Of a DNA stretch of 64,000 bases, positions 56,801-64,000 are shown in pieces. Source of the stretch: Phoronis australis. Its lineage: Eukaryota; Animalia; Phoronida. The notes beneath the pieces were generated by a model that worked only from the letters and a program-made list of their open reading frames with translations, ran no database searches and was not told the origin of the DNA. Position numbers and translations under genes: made by a program. How positions within the stretch are numbered: the first letter of the stretch is position 1; each line of letters opens with the position of its first letter. Location of the stretch: the NCBI GenBank assembly GCA_002633005.1, contig NMRA01000273.1:63506-127505 (forward strand). The letters run 5' to 3'.

Positions 56801-59800
56801 TACTGGTAATACCTGTGAGGGCGGGAAAATTCTATTTACAGAATGGCTTAGACGCCTTAGTAACTTTCTGATAATTCCCAATCATTCTTCGTCATTTATG
56901 GAAGGCTTACATTGACCGTGAATTTGGCTTCCTGCCAGCAATCGTGACCCGGAACTCTGGGTCATTTGCCTGAATGTTTGCTTTGTACTGTATGTTTAAT
57001 GTGCCGCTATGCAGTAAAACAGCAAGAAGAGATACTATGAAAGATCAAGCTTTTCCAATGTGGCGGTTAATAGTAGTTTCCATAGTGGAATAGCTGCTGC
57101 CAAAATATGCTGGGTCACAAAGCTTGACTGTGTTTGATGAAATTTCTTTATCGTGGCGGTTGTAATCTGACTATATCAATAGCTCTGTGGGTGTATTTGA
57201 ATTACAGTGATGCGACATGTGTTGAATTATATATTTCAGTATATTTGGTTGTTGTCATTTTACATAAAGATTGATGGTTTGTGTTGATAAAGGGATGTTA
57301 TACCCTGTGCTCATTTGTTAACAGGTATGTGTGTGCGTGCATGCATGTGTGATAGAAATGACCATTAAATTGCAGAATTAATTATGGGTACACAATTTAT
57401 TCGATTCATCCATAATATTGGTCTGATTTCACACTGGAAGTTTTAATTTTGGTTATGGAATTCTGTGTCCTTCATCTGTGCTAGTTATTTTGTCAGGGTT
57501 CTGTTGCTATGGAACTGAATTACATAAAGACCTTGCACTGTCACAGAAATGTCACCTTTCTGACAACAGGCTGTCATCTAATCAATTTTCACCCTTGACA
57601 GGAGCACACACACTTTCCTCCAGTCCTTTGGGCCACTGTTTCTTTTGTGGTAACTGATAGCTAAAGAACCAGCCCTATCACCAAACAGACACAATTCTAC
57701 CCTGAGCCTGTTTATCAACAAAACACCTGTCCACTAGCTAGGCACAAGTTTCCCACACTCTTGGCATACAGTCACTGTATAATTACATAGCTACATCAAT
57801 TGAGATTTGCCTGCATAACTACACATAAAGCAGAACTCAAAGCCAACACCTGTCGGGTTTTCCCACAGTCCTATGCACACAGTCCATCTTCTCTCTGTGT
57901 TTACAACCAACCAGTCCATTATAGTAATTCAAGGGGGTTGCAGGCTCTCGTCTCTGTTTACGTTGGAACACTTCATTGTGATTTTGGAATCGTCACAAAA
58001 TGTTGGACGTGTGCCAAAAAGATAGACACTGTTTTGAATCGAAGGCTGTTGTGTTGCAGTTTTAATACATTGCGGAAGGCTGTCAATCTAACATATTTAA
58101 GGTTACATGTACCCTTAATTAAAATGTTGTCTTCTTGAAATATCTAAGTAATTAATTGTCAATGAATAGATGAATATATTTTCAGAAACTATAAATTGAG
58201 ACAAATCTAATCATGACATTCACATCACTGTACCGTTCTCGTGGTCACATGACTATGCTTTTGAGCAAAATGTCATTTTTGAAAGGTACGTTGAGAGGAA
58301 AAAATCCTTTAACATGCATTTACCAAATTTACTGAATTAAATTTACTGAATTAAATCTTGATAAAAATGCTCAAAAACCGTGTCTGGAATTTTCCACAAT
58401 CAGACCGATGTTCTTGTTGTATTTTTTGTGAAAGAGGGGGGCATGTAATCTTAAAGTATTTATTGCTTAAACAAGTTTTGAATTTGCTCTCTTTACTGGC
58501 CTGGGCAAAAAAAGTTTAAAGAAAAAACGACATTTTAAGTTGTCACTTTATTATAATAATAATTCTCTTGTAATATTCCTTATCGTGATGGGATTCTATG
58601 ATATCAACAACAGTATTGAAATCATCAGCACCACAATGCTTCAGAGATTTTGGCATATTGGCCAACCCTGAAATTGAGAAATCGGAAATTGCGAGTGTAT
58701 GTATTGCCTGCGAATCGAATCGGCAACAATTTAAGATCGGATTAGCGTTGTAATAATTTCACACCTCAAAGGGCGTCTGTCAAGAATTCAGTGTTGACAG
58801 ATGAAAAGCAGCGAAATTCCAGGCTTTTATCTTTGTCTTATTTGTCAGATACTTTATAAATTTAAAAAAGGATTAATAATACTGATGTTAGTACTTGGTA
58901 GTATGAATTATTTATTTTGTGTGTTACCTGAAACTTTCCGTTTGCCACGTGATAGCGAGGTGTACCAGATTTTTTATTTTGATCCAGATGCCCTGGCTGT
59001 CATCTTAACCTAACTACTGTTTCAATCATGGGGAGAGTTGTTAATCACGTATCATAACTACTGCATGCTCTCTTGATGTACCGCAAACACTTTCCCACGC
59101 TTTCCAAGAAGTCAGGCACTGTCAGACCTCTCCAACACAAAGATAGCATCTGACGCTAAATAGCACCTGCTATCCAATATCTAAACCGGGCAGTTGTTAT
59201 TTACCTTCAACGGTTGAACTCTTGCCTCTCTCAGATTTTTTTTGTGGGATGGTACATAAAATTGACCAGTTGTTATGTAAAATTGACGACAAGTCAAAAT
59301 GAAAAAATAAAAAGTCAACATAAATTTGGTGGCCTGCTTAGATTATACGATGATTTTTTGTGAAGTTGAGATTATTTCATATTGTGTCAGTTTTTATAGT
59401 TTCGTATGTAAGCAAGCTCTCGACTTTTGTCAGTATTTTGCCAAACTTTTATTTTGTCAGTCAGTTGGCAACTCAAGTTTTTATCCCAAGTTCTTCTGAC
59501 ATTTTTAGCCTTTTTTACAAAGAAAGTTTCAGTTGATATTGTCTTCGGGACAGTTTGTTTTCAGGGACTTTTTAGCATGTTCTATTTTCAGCCCATGCAC
59601 TGTGAGTTGATGTAACCTATACAGGATCATTTCTGATGTGATAGCAGTTAATCCTTAATCTTCACAATGTATCTTAATTCATGATGGGAGTGATTAGGCT
59701 ATGCCATAATGAGATGACATGCCTATCCAGGACTGAGTTTTTTAAAAAACTGTCTACTCCAAAAAATCCCAGTTACCAATGAATCACTCACATGATGTAG

Positions 59801-62800
59801 GTCAAATTTGAAGTCCAGGAAAACGTGTGTAGATCGTGTGACTGAAAATGACATGTTTTTTTATCAAATCATTTGCCTAAATTTTAGTGGTTGTTGTTAA
59901 AACATGTTATTTGGATCTTGGAGGACTCCATTTGAGTGAATTCACGTGAGCAATTTGACATAGATATTTTCTATAGGTTTCGTTAGTTGGCCTTTTTTTT
60001 AAACGTCTGCGTTAATGCTACAAATCAAAAATGAATAGACAACTTGGAAAACTTTATCAGCATTTTTGAGACTTCGTCTTACCATTTTTATCAAAACAAA
60101 ATTAGGTCATGTTATTGGTAGAGTTGTTTTGGTATCAATGTACCTTTCTTTTTCATAAAATTTAATAAAATGACATGGTCACGCTCCCCCAACATAGGGC
60201 AGATTGGTATGTTGTCAGAAATTAAATTCTACAGGCTTTCTAGTTTCAGAAAATTATACTTTTACCCAAGTTAAAATCTAGTTTTGTTGATATTTGTCTA
60301 AATACACAGTTGTTAGCTCCTACAAAACAGTAAGTAATAGATCTCCAGGTGATGAAACGATTGAACTCTTTACCTCTCTGCTGTCAATCAACTGTTAAAT
60401 AATTTTACCTCATTTTCTATTATAATCACGCCACGCCACCTTGCATGGTTTCTAAGTATAGCCTCATCATTGCTAAGTTTATTGTTGATACGACTTTCTT
60501 CTGTTAAGTTTATTAAGTTCTTTTTGAAAACTAGATCATTGATTTAGAAGTGCTGAACCCTTTTTCCTTGGTTTCCTCTTGCACAAAAAAAATCCATTGC
60601 TAAATCATCTAGAGCATTGGCCATGTAACTTGTGCACTGCAGTTGAACTGGTTGAAGGTCTTAAGATCCATCATCAAGAAATAATAGTGTAGTGATGGTG
60701 CTCCCTGCTCTAAAGTAATTAGTTTGTCAACAAACACAGCCTAAACATAGTCCTTATAGTGTCTGCCCATTTGAAACCTCTGTTGATCTTTTATGTTATT
60801 TGCTATTTAATCTCAACGATTACTTTATTCCCCCTAGACATAATGTTCCACATGTGTCTAATAAGCTCCATTAATTAATCTGGAGGGCTTACCATGTTGG
60901 AATCCTCTCAATTATGCTATGAGTGTGGGAATTCACCTGAGCAAATAACTCCACTATCATTGAGCAAGCTCAGTCTTCAGGCTTGTCCTCTTTGTCTGGG
61001 CTACTGTGTAACCATGATTTGCAGCCATCCATATTTGCTGATGGTATTTTCATTTTCATTTGTATTCTTTGCCTGTCTATGAAGTCTTGGTTAACCTTTG
61101 TTTGTAATGAATTGAATTTCAGTGTTATAAGGGGTATACAATTAGATAATACCTTGAAAAGCTTAAACAAACTCTTTGGTATGTTTAGTGAATTTGGCTG
61201 GGCTTAAATTAGGGGTTGTGCAGTACAGTGCAATCAAAGGTGCACAGTAGTTTCCCATCATTGTTTGAAGTAAATAGCTTTTGATTGGAGGGATTGTGGA
61301 GATTGATATCTAGCCTCCTGACACATACCCATCCAGCACTATTGAGACTAAGTGAAGGGTGAAGGGAGTTGATGGAAATGATGAAAACATAATAGCCAGC
61401 CAATACTCCAATAGCTGTGGCCTAGTGGAGAGAGGGCTTATTGTGAAGTTCAGCCCTAGCTTTGTGTTTTGTTAAGATTGATGGAATCATCAAGGCTGTT
61501 TATTATCCATTGGTGTCATCAGTGATGAGGTGTATATGTATTTGCTGAAGCATTCAGTCATCCCTTATGCAAATCATTTTTTGTTACAAATGATGTGGGT
61601 TTCCCCCTCTTGCTATCTTGTTGAGAGTTCACTTGGATTTGTTTTAGATTTCACGGCAAGTTTGGTTGTAGATAATCTGAAAACAACCAGTATTTATCAA
61701 GTCCCATGCACCATCTAGATGGACTTGTTTTTAAAATGTTCCATTTTTGGATGAGAGGCTATCAAAAATCGGGCTCTTATGTTTCTATTTTTATTTCGTA
61801 AAATAAAACTAAATGATAATATGAAAAGTGAATCAGCTTTTATGAGGTTTCATCTTGAATATTTTTATCAAAGGAAATTTTGTCATGTTGTTGACATTGT
61901 TGTTTTGCTACATATATACCTTTCTGTTTTTGCTAAATTTTATTAAAAAGACGTGGTCAAGTATCCCAATTAATGGAAGATTGGTATAATGTTAAAAAAC
62001 CAAAGCTTTCTTTCTTCAAAAATGTACACTTTTATCAAATTAAAATTGATACTTTGTTAGCTATTTGGCTGACTGCATCCACTTGTGTAGGCCTTACATA
62101 AGCATTATATATGACTTATGTGCCCCAGTGTTCCAGGTCAGTGATGTGTGTACTTTAGGGCTCACCCTTATTTCAGCCATAAATCCATCTCTTTGTTAAC
62201 TGTGACGTCGTACTTCAAGGAGTACTCAACAAATTTGTTTAATATATGCTATAACGGATGCAAACATGAATTTCATTTTTTATAAAGTGACATATAGGTT
62301 TGTTTCTGTGTTTTATGTGCCTTTTGTATTTGCGCATCCAAATGTGAACCTGTGGAAGTTTTTGTTTTGACTTTGGAAGAATAAAAATTAGTGTCCTTGA
62401 CGAAACTGAAATTATACTCACAAACCTACAACAAAACATGTTTTTCATGGATAATACGGCAGATAGATGCAGCACAGTTTTGAATCACTAACAACTGTGC
62501 ATCACTCTATATTCCTCAGTCTTGCCTCTGTCTAACACCTTGATATTGGTTCTGTTCAAAAGGCAGGTGTAGTCAACATCCTTGTCCCCTGTTTTGGCGG
62601 GAAATGCTAGCTTCGCAATGTCTTCCTGATAGGAAATCAATAATTAAGCAGGGCCTGACACTCCACCTATTGTCTGGCAAACAAAGGTGAATTAGTCCAA
62701 TATTAACTGTCCTTTTGTGTATTTTGGAGGGAAATTCAGGTAAGTACACCTGGAAAGGTGTGTTAATTAGCAGATAATTAACCGTACACCAAGATTGTTC

Positions 62801-63782
62801 TTCTTTCTTTTGTGCCCTGGGTTTATGGAAAACATGTGGGCATGCTTGTGTTTGATGAATTTCTGTTAATTATTGATGCTATCTTGAAGCCAGGAACTGG
62901 GTGTATTGTGGGTTGACACAAGTGTCTTTCCATAGTAACATGTTGGAAATTTCATTTGTCATGATGTATGAGTCAGAGGTGTGTGAAGGTTTAGACACTT
63001 CATTGGTAGTTTTAAAAACTTAGTACAGTAAAACTCACTTAGGTCAAGAGATTTACGCATAACTCTGACCAAGTTCTTTTGTTTCGTTCTAGTTGGTATA
63101 CTCATCTCAGTCAGGTTGGATCTGATTTGTGCGAGTTATTGTATTTTGTAAATTTATGTTAAGTTCCTTTATTATCTGTTAAATCTCCATCTTTTGTAAA
63201 CTGTCACCTGTTGGGAGATTAACAACTCTCCGATTGTCCAGGACAACCATGGACAAGTTGAATTTATAAATGTTTGCTTAGGTCAATCCTATCTTAAAGT
63301 ACCTTCTGTAACCTCTTTGCAACTTATAAATGTTCAGAAGACTTCCAAGTGACCCACTTGTTCACTTGCAGACCAGGGAGATCAACTTCAACCAGATGCT
63401 GGGACTTCACAACCAGTCAATGTTGTAATTAAGGGAACCAGCTTGATTTGGTGCTGGGCTGCAGTGATCGCTTGTTGATCACTTCAAAACAACTGCGAAA
63501 AAACTCGATGCAAACTTCTTCACTGTGTCGAAAAACATCAATGGGATTTCAATAACCACTTATGTCATAAGCTTTTCAAAGGTGAAAAATAATAAGTTAT
63601 TTATTCGTTCAATATTTTTGACAAACTCATTTTGGATTCGTACAAGTTGGATTGAAGTGGAGTTGTCTGAAAGGATAACCAGTCCAAAAAGTTCATGTGG
63701 AGGCCTGACGACTTCATGTTATTGGGTGGTTCCAGGGAATAAAGATTGTTCTTTTTAACACCTGGACCCGGTCTCCAATCTC

Positions 63783-63920
63783 CGTACTCGGACTCATACT
63801 CATACTCGAGATTTCATACTCAAAATCGTGCTCACTGGAGTGGTACTCAAAAAAGCGTATCTAATGTTGTATTTCGAGTAGACTCCAAACGTACTCAAAT
63901 CTGACACTCATACTCGAGTT
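63783..63920. repeat. TACTC-motif-rich repeat, probably a transposon subterminal region
   Basis: About 8-10 copies of (A/G)TACTC or GACTC within 140 bp. Confidence 0.5.
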
Positions 63921-64000
63921 GCTATGGAACTCTTTATGATGTGAAATGCAAAATCACGCAAAGCCGCGCTGATTCATCGCTCCCTATTGGAATAGACCAC

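Noticed and set aside
63372-63478. RAD51B terminal exon candidate (CAG|AC CAG GGA GAT...)
   Set aside because: The phase fits, but the peptide has no recognisable RAD51B similarity and sits in a decayed element-like region. The candidate at 50111 is equally unsupported.
1-64000. Most 60-120 aa ORFs in the supplied track
   Set aside because: Chance ORFs in introns or repeats, or exon read-throughs; the real genes are spliced.

Overview
AT-rich, intron-rich metazoan genomic DNA, most likely a marine invertebrate. It is a draft assembly, with an N-gap at 160-299 and single Ns at 16368 and 33583. Three spliced genes were reconstructed exon by exon with consistent splice phases. (1) A GALNT14/16-like polypeptide GalNAc-transferase (+, 3436-22525); its N-terminal/TM exon was not found, it has one GC-AG intron, and one lectin exon is present twice. 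(2) A complete 9-exon HAAO (3-hydroxyanthranilate 3,4-dioxygenase; -, 27559-38363). (3) RAD51B (+, 38758-49957), head-to-head with HAAO across 394 bp; its terminal exon is apparently outside the window. The introns hold Helentron-associated (HINE/DINE-like) elements with arrays of CTCF-like motifs, a homogeneous 70-bp hairpin tandem repeat, a 39-bp minisatellite, a fold-back Kolobok/THAP remnant, the 3' end of a Gypsy-type element, a CR1/L2-type RT remnant, a tRNA-derived SINE and several palindromes. The most notable observation is that GALNT14/16-HAAO-RAD51B looks like the unduplicated ancestor of two human paralogous regions (HAAO-ZFP36L2 and RAD51B-ZFP36L1-GALNT16), which predicts a ZFP36/Tis11 gene downstream. 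No prokaryotic-type system such as CRISPR is supported.
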